Below are positions 1 to 8,128 of a stretch of 32,000 nt of DNA, piece after piece. Source of the DNA: Aquifex aeolicus VF5 (GTDB lineage: Bacteria > Aquificota > Aquificia > Aquificales > Aquificaceae). Numbering within the stretch: position 1 is the stretch's first letter; each line of letters starts with the position of its first letter. The notes below the pieces were generated by a model that saw only the letters and a list, made by a program, of their open reading frames with translations, had not been told where the DNA came from and searched no databases. The stretch is taken from the NCBI RefSeq assembly GCF_000008625.1, contig NC_000918.1, forward strand, positions 1,230,001-1,262,000, in the 5' to 3' direction. A program made the position numbers and the translations under genes.

Positions 1-1208
1 TCACTTATTCCATCAAGGATATCCTCTATAATTTTTTCCGGCTCTTCATCCCGAGGATTGTCCGAGGTAAGGATTATTAAGTCGCTGTACTTCTCCGCCG
101 CCTTTCCCATGAGCGGTCTCTTTTCTCTGTCCCTGTTTCCTCCTGCTCCGAAAACAGATATGAGTTTTCCTTTACTTAATTTCCGTGCGGTTCTCAGGAC
201 GTTTTCAACGGCGTCGGGCGTGTGAGCGTAATCAATTATGACGGTAAATTTATCCGAATGTACAACTTCAAACCTTCCGGGAACGTTTACGCACTTTAAG
301 GCTCTTTGAATAAGGTCCGGTTCTATACCTTTCCACAGGGCGTAAGCTATAGCCGCGGAGAGGTTGTAAGCCTGAAAATCTCCTATTAAGTTTGTGCTAA
401 ATTCGTACTCTTTTCCTTTAAAGGCAATCCTTAACGCACTTCCCCTAAAGTCCGTTCGGAAGTTCAGAATTTTCAAGTCTCCCTTCTTGCCATAAGTTAT
501 AATTTCCCCGTGTGTAATTTTCAGCAATCTTTTTCCATAGGTGTCATCTGCGTTTATTATCTTTACCTTTGATTCGTACTCCGTAAAGAGCTTTGCCTTC
601 GACGCAAAGTAATCCTCCATTGTTTTGTGATAATCTAAGTGATCCTGAGAGAGGTTTGTGAAAAGGACCGCTTCAAACCTTGTGGGATAAACTCTGTACT
701 GATCAAGGGCGTGGGAAGAGATTTCGGCAACTACGTTCTTTGCCCCGAGTTCGTAAAATTCCTTTAAAGTCCTGTGCCAGGTTATCTGATCAGGAGTAGT
801 TCTGCCGCTTCCTAAAATTTTTTCTCCGAGCCTGTAATAAATTGTTCCAATCAGTCCTGTCTTTTCTCCTGCTTCCAGAAGTATTTTCTCTATTAGGTGT
901 GTGGTAGTGGTCTTTCCGTTTGTTCCTGTAATTCCTATTACGTTTAGCCTTTCGGAGGGTTTACCGAAAAATTCGTGAGCCGATTTGCCGAGGGCTTTTC
1001 TCGTATCCTCAACGATTATCACAGGAACTTTAGAACTTACAGGTCTTTCAACGACTACCGCGTAAGCCCCTCTTTCTTCCGCTTCCCTTATAAAGTTATG
1101 ACCGTCAAACCTTGTTCCCTTTATGGCGAAGAAAAGGTAACCTTTCTTTACTTCCTTTGAGTTTAAAGTTATTCCTTTTACACGTTTCAGTATAAAGCTC
1201 AGATCCAT
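1..1208 (-). CDS. murE: UDP-N-acetylmuramoyl-L-alanyl-D-glutamate--2,6-diaminopimelate ligase (MurE); N-terminal ~402 codons, 3' end runs off the window
   Basis: Manual minus-strand translation from the ATG at 1208-1206 gives MDLSFILKRVKGITLNSKEVKKGYLFFAIKGTRFDGHNFIREAEERGAYAVVVERP... It has the Mur-ligase P-loop GITGTNGKTTTTHL and the DAP-type DNPR motif (ILTSDNPRDEEPEKII) near the window edge. There is no stop inside the window, so it is absent from the ORF track. Confidence 0.85.
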   Translation of the reverse strand, partial: MDLSFILKRVKGITLNSKEVKKGYLFFAIKGTRFDGHNFIREAEERGAYAVVVERPVSSKVPVIIVEDTRKALGKSAHEFFGKPSERLNVIGITGTNGKTTTTHLIEKILLEAGEKTGLIGTIYYRLGEKILGSGRTTPDQITWHRTLKEFYELGAKNVVAEISSHALDQYRVYPTRFEAVLFTNLSQDHLDYHKTMEDYFASKAKLFTEYESKVKIINADDTYGKRLLKITHGEIITYGKKGDLKILNFRTDFRGSALRIAFKGKEYEFSTNLIGDFQAYNLSAAIAYALWKGIEPDLIQRALKCVNVPGRFEVVHSDKFTVIIDYAHTPDAVENVLRTARKLSKGKLISVFGAGGNRDREKRPLMGKAAEKYSDLIILTSDNPRDEEPEKIIEDILDGIS

Positions 1209-1219
1209 ATAAAGCACAC

Positions 1220-1312
1220 TGGCGGAGGGGGTGGGATTCGAACCCACGGGCGGGCCTGTAACCCGCCAAGGGATTTCAAATCCCCCGCCTTCGTCCGCTC
1301 GGCCACCCCTCC
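1220..1312 (-). tRNA. tRNA-Ser (anticodon UGA), class II with long variable arm, encoded CCA
   Basis: The reverse complement folds as a cloverleaf. The acceptor is GGAGGGG/CCCCTCC and the anticodon stem GGGGA/TCCCT with loop TT-TGA-AA. There is a long variable arm, a T-loop GGTTCGAATCC, discriminator G and a 3' CCA. Confidence 0.93.
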
Positions 1313-1322
1313 TTCTAATATA

Positions 1323-1631
1323 TTATCCACCACCGTACTCAGAAGCGTCAATCTCAGACTCAAACTCCTGAATAAAGAACTCCACTTCCCTTACAATCTC
1401 ATCGATATCCTTTTTAATAAGGTGTTCAAAGAGCTCTATTTTTCTTTCGTGAGCATGGTCATCTTCTACGTAGTACCTCACCCTTATGTAGGGGAGTTGC
1501 ATTTTAGGATCGAAATCGGGATCTTCGGGAGTCACAACGTCTACATCTACATTTATCCCTTCCGTTTTATTCTTAAAGATTTCCTTCAACTCTAAAATCT
1601 TTGTTTTGTACTTTGTCCAGTCGTACTTCAC
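1323..1631 (-). CDS. hypothetical acidic protein (102 aa), GTG start
   Basis: ORF track entry. It ends 10 nt before the tRNA-Ser 5' end. A consensus-like promoter (TTGACA-18-TATTAT, 1671-1642) lies just upstream. I recognise no family. Confidence 0.5.
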   Translation of the reverse strand: MKYDWTKYKTKILELKEIFKNKTEGINVDVDVVTPEDPDFDPKMQLPYIRVRYYVEDDHAHERKIELFEHLIKKDIDEIVREVEFFIQEFESEIDASEYGGG

Positions 1632-1641
1632 AATAATTTTA

Positions 1642-1671
1642 ATAATATTTGAGCGATATACCTTATGTCAA
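1642..1671 (-). promoter_or_regulatory. putative sigma70-type promoter TTGACA-18 nt-TATTAT for the 102-aa ORF / tRNA-Ser / murE string
   Basis: On the minus strand, TTGACA is the complement of 1666-1671 and TATTAT the complement of 1642-1647. The -10 box ends 10 nt before the GTG at 1631. Confidence 0.3.
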
Positions 1672-1708
1672 GGTAAATAAGCGAAAAGGGAAAGGAAAAA
1701 AGATTGAC

Positions 1709-1942
1709 TTAAACGTATATCGGTTCTGTGAATTCACTTATACCAGTTTCCAGTCTTGTGAGTATCGCTTTTCCTCTGAGTGAGTTTACAGGAACCCTTT
1801 CTTCTCCGCTTTCTTTAACAATTACTATGTTGTCCTCCTCAATTCTTATTTCCAGAGGAGGATTTCCAGTGGACTTGTCAAGTATGTTTTTATCCCTTAA
1901 AATATCTTGTCCATATACCTTTGCTTCTGCTACTGCGGGCAT
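1709..1942 (-). CDS. hypothetical protein (77 aa from the ATG at 1942)
   Basis: This is the ORF track entry 1709..1951. The internal ATG at 1942 is preceded by AAAGGAGGTGAGAACC (strong SD, 6-nt spacer), so I prefer it to the GTG at 1951. No family recognised. Confidence 0.55.
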   Translation of the reverse strand: MPAVAEAKVYGQDILRDKNILDKSTGNPPLEIRIEEDNIVIVKESGEERVPVNSLRGKAILTRLETGISEFTEPIYV

Positions 1943-2065
1943 GGTTCTCACCTCCTTTGTTTTCTTTTCTCTTTTTTATTTATTCCTTTTTTGTTTCACG
2001 GCTCTGATGGGAATCATGACAAAGGTTAAAATAAGATTAACTTTCCCAGATGTTAAATTAACCTT

Positions 2066-2299
2066 ATGCAGAGGAAGGAAATTTCTCAAGAAACTGTAAA
2101 CCTTCTGGTGGACATAATAAAGGAAACAATAGGAGAAGGCGGACTGAAAAGTATTACGAAAAGACTAGAAGGTAGAGATCTAAAGGGAAGGGAGTTAGTA
2201 TACGCTTTTGCGGAAGAGGTAATGAACATCTATGGGCAAAAGGGTTCATACGCTTTAATAAGGCAACTTGGGAGAGACCTTGCAAATATGTTTCTTTGA
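2066..2299 (+). CDS. hypothetical protein (77 aa)
   Basis: ORF track entry. It has no SD, but a TAAATT box (2054-2059) lies 6 nt before the ATG. Its composition is like the neighbouring genes. No confident family. Confidence 0.4.
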   Translation: MQRKEISQETVNLLVDIIKETIGEGGLKSITKRLEGRDLKGRELVYAFAEEVMNIYGQKGSYALIRQLGRDLANMFL

Positions 2300-2304
2300 G
2301 TTTA

Positions 2305-2460
2305 TCAAGTAATTTCCTCTCTTTCTTCTTCGGAAATAAACGTTTCTCTTTTCTCAGATGGTTTTTCCTGATGAGTCAGTAGCATAGTAAAACAAAAAGT
2401 AGAGAGAGAACATATCAAGAGCCAGGAAAAGAGCATAAAGATAAGGGCTTCTCCTTTCAT
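2305..2460 (-). CDS. possible small membrane protein (51 aa), below ORF-track cutoff
   Basis: Manual translation gives MKGEALIFMLFSWLLICSLSTFCFTMLLTHQEKPSEKRETFISEEEREEIT, which is one hydrophobic helix plus an acidic tail. It starts 10 nt after the tyrS stop on the same strand. No SD. Confidence 0.2.
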   Translation of the reverse strand: MKGEALIFMLFSWLLICSLSTFCFTMLLTHQEKPSEKRETFISEEEREEIT

Positions 2461-2470
2461 AGGGATTATT

Positions 2471-3649
2471 TTAACCGCTAACAACTCTGTAAAACTTCTT
2501 TTTGCCCACTTTTACCTTCAGCTCTCCGTTTATCTCTATTTCCGTGTTTGGATCAGTGACCTTTTCTCCGTTTATTTTAAGACCTCCGCCCTGTATTACT
2601 CTTCTGGCTTCGTTCTTTGATTTTACCGCTCCTATTTTTACGAGGAAATCTACGGCTCTTAACTTTTTCTCATTTAGTTTTACAAGAGGTGCGTCTTCTG
2701 GAAACTCCCTCTGAGAGAAGGTCTTTTCCCACCACTCCTTTGCCTTTCTGGCTTCTTCTTCCGAGTGAAAGCGCTTGACTATAGTAAAGGCGAGGAGTTT
2801 TTTTGCCTCCATGGGGTGCATCTCCCTTCTCATTTTCTCTATCTCTTCCTTATTGTAATCCGTCAAAAGCAGGAACCAGTCCCACATAATTTCATCGGGA
2901 ATGGACATTATCTTCGCAAACATAGTTTTCGGATCTTCCGTTATTCCCACATAGTTCCCGTAAGATTTTGACATCTTCCTTACGCCGTCCGTTCCCACGA
3001 GCAGTGGAAGCGTTATGCACACCTGAGGCTCCTGCCCGTACTCCCTCTGTATGTCTCTACCTATGAGTAGGTTAAACTTTTGATCCGTTCCGCCTATCTC
3101 AACGTCAGCCTTTATTGCAACAGAGTCGTAAGCCTGAAGGAGCGGATATATAAACTCGTGGATGTATATGGGAATTCCTTCCTTGAAACGTTTGGAGAAG
3201 TCTTCCCTCTCGAGCATTCTCGCCACGGTGTACTTTGCACAGAGTTCTATGAGTCCCTTGGTTCCCAGTTCCTCCAGCCAAGTGGAGTTAAAAACGACGG
3301 TTGTCTTTTCTGGGATTAAAACTTTAAACACCTGATGTTCATAGGTCTTTGCGTTTTCAAGAACCTGTTCTCTGGAAAGGGGTGGTCTCGTCTGACTCCT
3401 TCCCGTCGGATCCCCTATCATGGCGGTAAAGTCTCCGATTATGAAGAAAACCTCGTGTCCCAGTTGCTGAAACTGCCTTAGCTTTTGAAGCAGTACGACG
3501 TGCCCCAGGTGAAGGTCCGGAGCGGTGGGGTCAAAGCCCGCCTTTACCCTCAAAGGTCTTCCTTCTTTTAACTTCTTCAGGAGTTCTTCTTCTTCTATAA
3601 TTTCTACCGTGCCTTCCTTTATTATCCTGAGTTGTTCCTCGGGTGTCAT
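2471..3649 (-). CDS. tyrS: tyrosyl-tRNA synthetase
   Basis: 392 aa. It has the class I HIGH-type motif (DLHLGHVV), KMSKS, and a C-terminal S4-like RNA-binding domain ([22 protein letters not shown]). Confidence 0.95.
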   Translation of the reverse strand: MTPEEQLRIIKEGTVEIIEEEELLKKLKEGRPLRVKAGFDPTAPDLHLGHVVLLQKLRQFQQLGHEVFFIIGDFTAMIGDPTGRSQTRPPLSREQVLENAKTYEHQVFKVLIPEKTTVVFNSTWLEELGTKGLIELCAKYTVARMLEREDFSKRFKEGIPIYIHEFIYPLLQAYDSVAIKADVEIGGTDQKFNLLIGRDIQREYGQEPQVCITLPLLVGTDGVRKMSKSYGNYVGITEDPKTMFAKIMSIPDEIMWDWFLLLTDYNKEEIEKMRREMHPMEAKKLLAFTIVKRFHSEEEARKAKEWWEKTFSQREFPEDAPLVKLNEKKLRAVDFLVKIGAVKSKNEARRVIQGGGLKINGEKVTDPNTEIEINGELKVKVGKKKFYRVVSG

Positions 3650-3687
3650 AACTAATTATTTATAACATTGATTTATAATCATTTAAA

Positions 3688-4239
3688 ATGAGGCTACCAG
3701 AGAGGCTTGTGGAAGCTATTGCGGAATCTATAATTCAAAAACTCGGAAAGGAAGAGGGAATACTGGAGCTCGAAGATCCTGCAACCTTTAAAAAGAAGAT
3801 AATTTCCCTTTTCAAAGAGGCGGATAGGGAGGAAAAGGAACTGGAGGAAAAGGCTAAAGCAGTCTTGAGGGAAAATTTAGAGGTTCTTGAAAGGGAAAAC
3901 ATAGATTACAGAACTGCTTTTCTCGCAGTAAAGAGAAAACTCGCCGAAGAAATGAACATCAACGTGGATAGAAGGGAAAGGCTGAACCAGATAATCAACA
4001 GAATAATGGATTTAATAATGAAAGATGAAAGCGTTGAGATATACGAGGATCCTCCCGTGATAAGAAAGAAGATTAGAGAAATAGTTCTCGGGGCTCTGAA
4101 GATAGAAGAAGAGATAGAAAAAACTGTAAGACAGAGGATTAAGAAGTACTCAAGAGACTTGCTGGAAGGCAGTCCTGAGTGGCAGATTTTGTGGAAAAGG
4201 ATTTACGAGGACGAACTCAAGAAAAGAGGTCTTGCTTAA
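3688..4239 (+). CDS. conserved hypothetical protein, DUF507-like (183 aa)
   Basis: ORF track entry: a K/E-rich helical protein. The N-terminal pattern (RLPERLVEAIAESIIQKL) recalls the DUF507 family, but that assignment is from memory only. Confidence 0.6.
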   Translation: MRLPERLVEAIAESIIQKLGKEEGILELEDPATFKKKIISLFKEADREEKELEEKAKAVLRENLEVLERENIDYRTAFLAVKRKLAEEMNINVDRRERLNQIINRIMDLIMKDESVEIYEDPPVIRKKIREIVLGALKIEEEIEKTVRQRIKKYSRDLLEGSPEWQILWKRIYEDELKKRGLA

Positions 4240-4799
4240 GGCAAGTAAAGTATCGGGTTTTGTCTTATGCCATATTTGAGTACTTCGTAGTGTAGATGGG
4301 GTCCCGTTGCCCTTCCCGTGCTCCCTATGTAACCAATAACGCTACCCTTAGCCACTAAATCACCCTTATAACCTTCCCTGCCCGAGAGGTGAGCGTAAAC
4401 CGTAGTGTAGCCATATCCGTGGTAAATGACTATTACGTAGCCATACCCCCTTACCCAGCCACTGAAAATCACAACTCCGTCCGCAGTAGCAACGACAGGT
4501 GTTCCCGTGGGAGCTGCTATATCTATACCTGCGTGGAATTCCTTGTACCGCCCTCTCCTTCTCCAGCCATACTGAGAAGTCACTACTCCCACTATTGGCC
4601 ATATACTGGGTCTTGACTCTTCGGGAAGCTTAACATACTTGAGAAAATCAGTCAGTTCTCTCGGAATTTCTATTTTGGGAGAGATAACTTCTACCTCTTC
4701 TTTTTCAAAGATATCCGGCTCTAAGAATAAGTTGGAGAGTTTTCCGAAAGATAGAGGGAGGAAAAGGAGGAAGAGACTAAGTAGTAGAGCCTTCTTCAT
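4236..4799 (-). CDS. M23 family (LytM-type) metallopeptidase with signal peptide
   Basis: It has an N-terminal signal peptide (MKKALLLSLFLLFLPLSFG), the HxxxD motif (HAGIDIAAPTGTPV) and the HxH motif (GPHLHYEV). Confidence 0.88.
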   Translation of the reverse strand: MKKALLLSLFLLFLPLSFGKLSNLFLEPDIFEKEEVEVISPKIEIPRELTDFLKYVKLPEESRPSIWPIVGVVTSQYGWRRRGRYKEFHAGIDIAAPTGTPVVATADGVVIFSGWVRGYGYVIVIYHGYGYTTVYAHLSGREGYKGDLVAKGSVIGYIGSTGRATGPHLHYEVLKYGIRQNPILYLP

Positions 4800-5844
4800 C
4801 TAAGTAGAACACCTCATCGGATATAGGTTCGTTCCAGCGTTTGAACCCGGGAAGCGTTTCTATCCTGTACCAAGCGGAGCGATACCATATGTCCGTGGGA
4901 TTCTTCTTTACAGGTGCTATCTGGGCTGCTCTAGTTTCGGGGTGGTATTCCCAGTTCATGTAATCGTTGAAGTCCTGAATTATGTCGGTTATAACAACTC
5001 CGTACTCGTTAATGAGTATTTCCTGAAACTCCTTCCACCTGAATATGGAACTGTCTCTTAAAGTGAGTCCAAAGTAGCCCGCACACCCCGCGTCCTTGAG
5101 CGTGGCTATTCCCCTTCCTATAAACGCCCTAAACGCTGCGAAAGTTTCGGGGGGATCTGTTATAAATACGTCAAACTTCCCTAAAAAGTCTTCAGTATAG
5201 GGGTTTCTAAGATCCCACACCATGGCTTCCGCGTTGTCTATTCCGAGTTCCTTTATAATTCTGTTATCAAAGTCTATCAATCTCTCGTCTATGTCTATTA
5301 TCAGAACCCTTTTTGCCTTTCTCGTGAGGGCTATTGCGAGTCCAGTGAGGTCGTCTTCCGCTCCCATTACGATAATTTCCTTACCCCTGAGGTCTCCCCT
5401 GCTATCTAAAAAGAGTACTCTGGATACAGTAGTTTCGGGAGTAACGCTTCCCTGGTCGTACTGCTGAACGGGTTTTGGTCTGTCTTTGGCTATCTCAACG
5501 AAAGTTCTGTAAAGTTCTTTATCGTCGTAGAAGGGTATTCCCCTTCCTTCACAAGCCCTGCACTTGTGCTCTTCAAAGGGTTCAATCCCGAGCTCCTTTA
5601 CTAAGTCAAGCCCCTTCTGGGTAAAGAGGATGTTTTCGTTTTCATCAATAAACACAATTCCTTCGTCTAAAAACTTTTTGATAATCCCCGATGCCGCAGG
5701 AACAGGCAGGTCTGAGTAATCAACTATCTTCCAGAAATCTCCCGTCTTTAAAAGTGCCTGAAGAACTCTCTCTACGTTCCTCGCGTGAAGCCTTACCTTC
5801 GTCTCCTCCTGAACTTCCTTGGCTATCCTCTCCAGTATGTTCAA
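4777..5844 (-). CDS. bpsA: branched-chain polyamine synthase-like aminopropyltransferase (BpsA / DUF43 family), 355 aa from a TTG start
   Basis: The family assignment rests on the methyltransferase-fold motifs VMGAEDDLTGLAIAL and ITDPPETFAAFRAFIGRG. The track ORF extends to 6021. I place the start at the TTG at 5844-5842, which is preceded by GGAGGTGAAGGA. Residues upstream of it are low-complexity and would cross the divergent tyrA gene. Confidence 0.6.
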   Translation of the reverse strand: MNILERIAKEVQEETKVRLHARNVERVLQALLKTGDFWKIVDYSDLPVPAASGIIKKFLDEGIVFIDENENILFTQKGLDLVKELGIEPFEEHKCRACEGRGIPFYDDKELYRTFVEIAKDRPKPVQQYDQGSVTPETTVSRVLFLDSRGDLRGKEIIVMGAEDDLTGLAIALTRKAKRVLIIDIDERLIDFDNRIIKELGIDNAEAMVWDLRNPYTEDFLGKFDVFITDPPETFAAFRAFIGRGIATLKDAGCAGYFGLTLRDSSIFRWKEFQEILINEYGVVITDIIQDFNDYMNWEYHPETRAAQIAPVKKNPTDIWYRSAWYRIETLPGFKRWNEPISDEVFYLDEEGSTT

Positions 5845-5905
5845 TCCTTCACCTCCGCAGGGATTTTGCAAAAAGAATATTATAAAAATTTTAAAATCTT
5901 TAAGT

Positions 5906-6754
5906 ATGCAAAACGTCCTCATAGTAGGCGTGGGCTTTATGGGCGGCTCCTTCGCAAAGTCACTTCGCAGGAGCGGGTTTAAGGGAAAAATATACGGGTA
6001 CGACATAAATCCCGAAAGCATAAGTAAAGCGGTTGACCTCGGAATAATAGACGAGGGAACAACGAGTATAGCGAAGGTTGAAGACTTTTCTCCGGATTTT
6101 GTGATGCTCTCTAGCCCCGTTAGAACTTTCAGAGAAATAGCTAAGAAACTGAGTTATATCTTGAGCGAGGACGCTACCGTCACGGATCAGGGAAGCGTTA
6201 AGGGGAAACTCGTTTACGATCTTGAGAACATACTTGGAAAAAGGTTTGTTGGAGGGCACCCGATAGCAGGAACGGAGAAATCTGGGGTTGAATACAGTTT
6301 AGATAACCTTTATGAAGGGAAAAAGGTAATACTCACACCTACTAAAAAAACGGATAAAAAGCGTTTAAAACTCGTAAAAAGGGTTTGGGAAGATGTTGGT
6401 GGAGTGGTTGAGTACATGAGTCCTGAACTTCACGACTACGTGTTTGGTGTTGTTTCTCACCTTCCCCATGCCGTTGCCTTTGCACTCGTTGATACCTTAA
6501 TCCACATGTCAACGCCGGAAGTTGATTTATTTAAATACCCCGGAGGAGGTTTTAAGGACTTCACGAGGATTGCAAAGAGCGACCCCATTATGTGGAGAGA
6601 CATATTTCTGGAAAACAAGGAGAACGTCATGAAGGCGATAGAGGGTTTTGAAAAATCTTTAAATCACTTAAAGGAACTCATAGTAAGGGAAGCGGAAGAA
6701 GAGCTCGTGGAGTATTTGAAGGAAGTAAAGATTAAGAGAATGGAGATAGATTGA
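5906..6754 (+). CDS. tyrA: prephenate dehydrogenase
   Basis: MQNVLIVGVGFMGGSFAKSL places the Rossmann GxGxxG 7 residues after the ATG at 5906. The catalytic region is HPIAGTEKSG. The track ORF begins at the TTG at 5819 (311 aa), which remains possible. Confidence 0.9.
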   Translation: MQNVLIVGVGFMGGSFAKSLRRSGFKGKIYGYDINPESISKAVDLGIIDEGTTSIAKVEDFSPDFVMLSSPVRTFREIAKKLSYILSEDATVTDQGSVKGKLVYDLENILGKRFVGGHPIAGTEKSGVEYSLDNLYEGKKVILTPTKKTDKKRLKLVKRVWEDVGGVVEYMSPELHDYVFGVVSHLPHAVAFALVDTLIHMSTPEVDLFKYPGGGFKDFTRIAKSDPIMWRDIFLENKENVMKAIEGFEKSLNHLKELIVREAEEELVEYLKEVKIKRMEID

Positions 6755-7197
6755 TGGAAGAGATAAAAGAACTTATAGACTATGGGATAATGGGAACGCT
6801 CCTTTTTATGAGCTTCGTAGCCCTCGCCGTGGGAATAGAGAGGTACTTATCTATAAGGTCCACAAAAGTAGAAAACTTCAAAAGTAAGGCTCAGCTTGAA
6901 AAGGAACTTACAAAAAGGCTTTACATTATTGCCACTGTAGCGTCAAACGCCCCTTACGTGGGACTTCTCGGAACTGTTCTGGGAATCCTTCTTACCTTTT
7001 ACATCATAGGAGAAAAGGGGATTGTGAACACTAAAGAGATAATGGTCGGACTTGCCCTTGCCTTAAAAGCTACGGCTCTTGGACTCATCGTTGCAATTCC
7101 ATCAACCATTCTTTACAACTTTCTGGTGAGAAAGGTAAGGGAGAAGCTCCTGGACTGGGAGGCTATTCACGGAGAGTGTTCTTCAAGCCATGAGTAA
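6751..7197 (+). CDS. exbB: MotA/TolQ/ExbB-family proton-channel protein (short, ~147 aa)
   Basis: It has three predicted TM helices and the family signature region NAPYVGLLGTVLGIL...ALKATALGLIVAIPSTILYNFL. The start is the TTG at 6751 or the ATG at 6754, and either overlaps the tyrA stop (TTGATGG). Confidence 0.75.
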   Translation: MMEEIKELIDYGIMGTLLFMSFVALAVGIERYLSIRSTKVENFKSKAQLEKELTKRLYIIATVASNAPYVGLLGTVLGILLTFYIIGEKGIVNTKEIMVGLALALKATALGLIVAIPSTILYNFLVRKVREKLLDWEAIHGECSSSHE

Positions 7198-8117
7198 ACA
7201 CTTTTGAAGGTTTCGGGCTCTTCTATCTCGAATACCATCCACTCCCCTTTAGTTGGGTGGTAAAAGCCGAGGTGGTATGCGATAAGCATATTACACTCTC
7301 CCATAAGGGAAAGTAGCTCCTTTGGAACCGAACTACTTTTAAAGCCGTAAGTTCTGTCTCCCAGAACGGGATGTCCTATTGAGGCGAAGTGAACCCTTAT
7401 CTGGTGTGTCCTTCCCGTGTGTATTTTTACTTTAAGCAGTGTTATCTCATACTTTTCGTACCTTTTCAATACCCAGTACTCTGTAAGGGCTTCCTTTCCC
7501 TCTTTCCTCACCCAGAAGCGTTTTCTGTCAACGGGGTGACGTGCTATGGGTGTGTCTATCGCTCCGTAGTCCTTTTTCACGAGACCTTTTACGAGAACCT
7601 TGTAAAACTTTTCCGTTTTTCTCTCCTGAAACTGCCTTACGAGATTTCTGTGTGCGGTGTTGTTTTTGGCGATTACCATTACTCCCGCAGTTTCCTTGTC
7701 CAGCCTGTGGACTATTCCGGGTCTTTCAACCCCTCCTATTGATGAGAGGTCCTTTATGTGGTAAAGGAGGGCGTTAACGAGCGTTCCAGAAGTGTACCCG
7801 GGAGAGGGGTGAACCACCAAACCGCAGGGTTTTTCTACGACCGCTATGTCTTCGTCTTCGTAAATGATGTTTATGGGTATGTTTTCGGGTTTTACGTCTA
7901 AAGGTTCTGGCTCGGGAACGTGGAGTATTACCCTTTCCCCTTCTCTGAGTTTTCTCGAGGGTTTTCTTACTTCTTCTCCGTTTACGTAAACGAGTCCTTC
8001 CTTTACGAGTTTCTTTATATAACTTCGTGAAAAATCGGGATAAGCCCGGGCAAGGAACTTATCCAGTCTCTCTTCCTCACCCTCAACCTTGAACTCCAGA
8101 ACCTCAGATATCTTCAT
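7167..8117 (-). CDS. rluD: 23S rRNA pseudouridine synthase, RluA family (RluD-like) with N-terminal S4 domain
   Basis: It has the catalytic motif HRLDKETAGVMVIAK, an S4 domain (RLDKFLARAYPDFSRSYIKKLVKEGLVYVNGE) and the HQIRVH motif. Confidence 0.9.
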   Translation of the reverse strand: MKISEVLEFKVEGEEERLDKFLARAYPDFSRSYIKKLVKEGLVYVNGEEVRKPSRKLREGERVILHVPEPEPLDVKPENIPINIIYEDEDIAVVEKPCGLVVHPSPGYTSGTLVNALLYHIKDLSSIGGVERPGIVHRLDKETAGVMVIAKNNTAHRNLVRQFQERKTEKFYKVLVKGLVKKDYGAIDTPIARHPVDRKRFWVRKEGKEALTEYWVLKRYEKYEITLLKVKIHTGRTHQIRVHFASIGHPVLGDRTYGFKSSSVPKELLSLMGECNMLIAYHLGFYHPTKGEWMVFEIEEPETFKSVYSWLEEHSP

Positions 8118-8128
8118 AAAAGAAAAAA

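Noticed and set aside
1-3. TCA at the window start as the murE stop codon
   Set aside because: It is out of frame with the ATG at 1208: the ORF spans 1208 nt, which is 402 codons plus 2 nt. The gene therefore simply continues beyond the window.
1728-2099. 123-aa plus-strand ORF overlapping the 77-aa minus-strand gene
   Set aside because: It lies antisense to an ORF with a textbook SD. Its product is low-complexity (S/L/F/T-rich), and it has no SD or promoter-like start context. Long antisense ORFs are expected here because purine-rich coding strands leave stop-poor complements.
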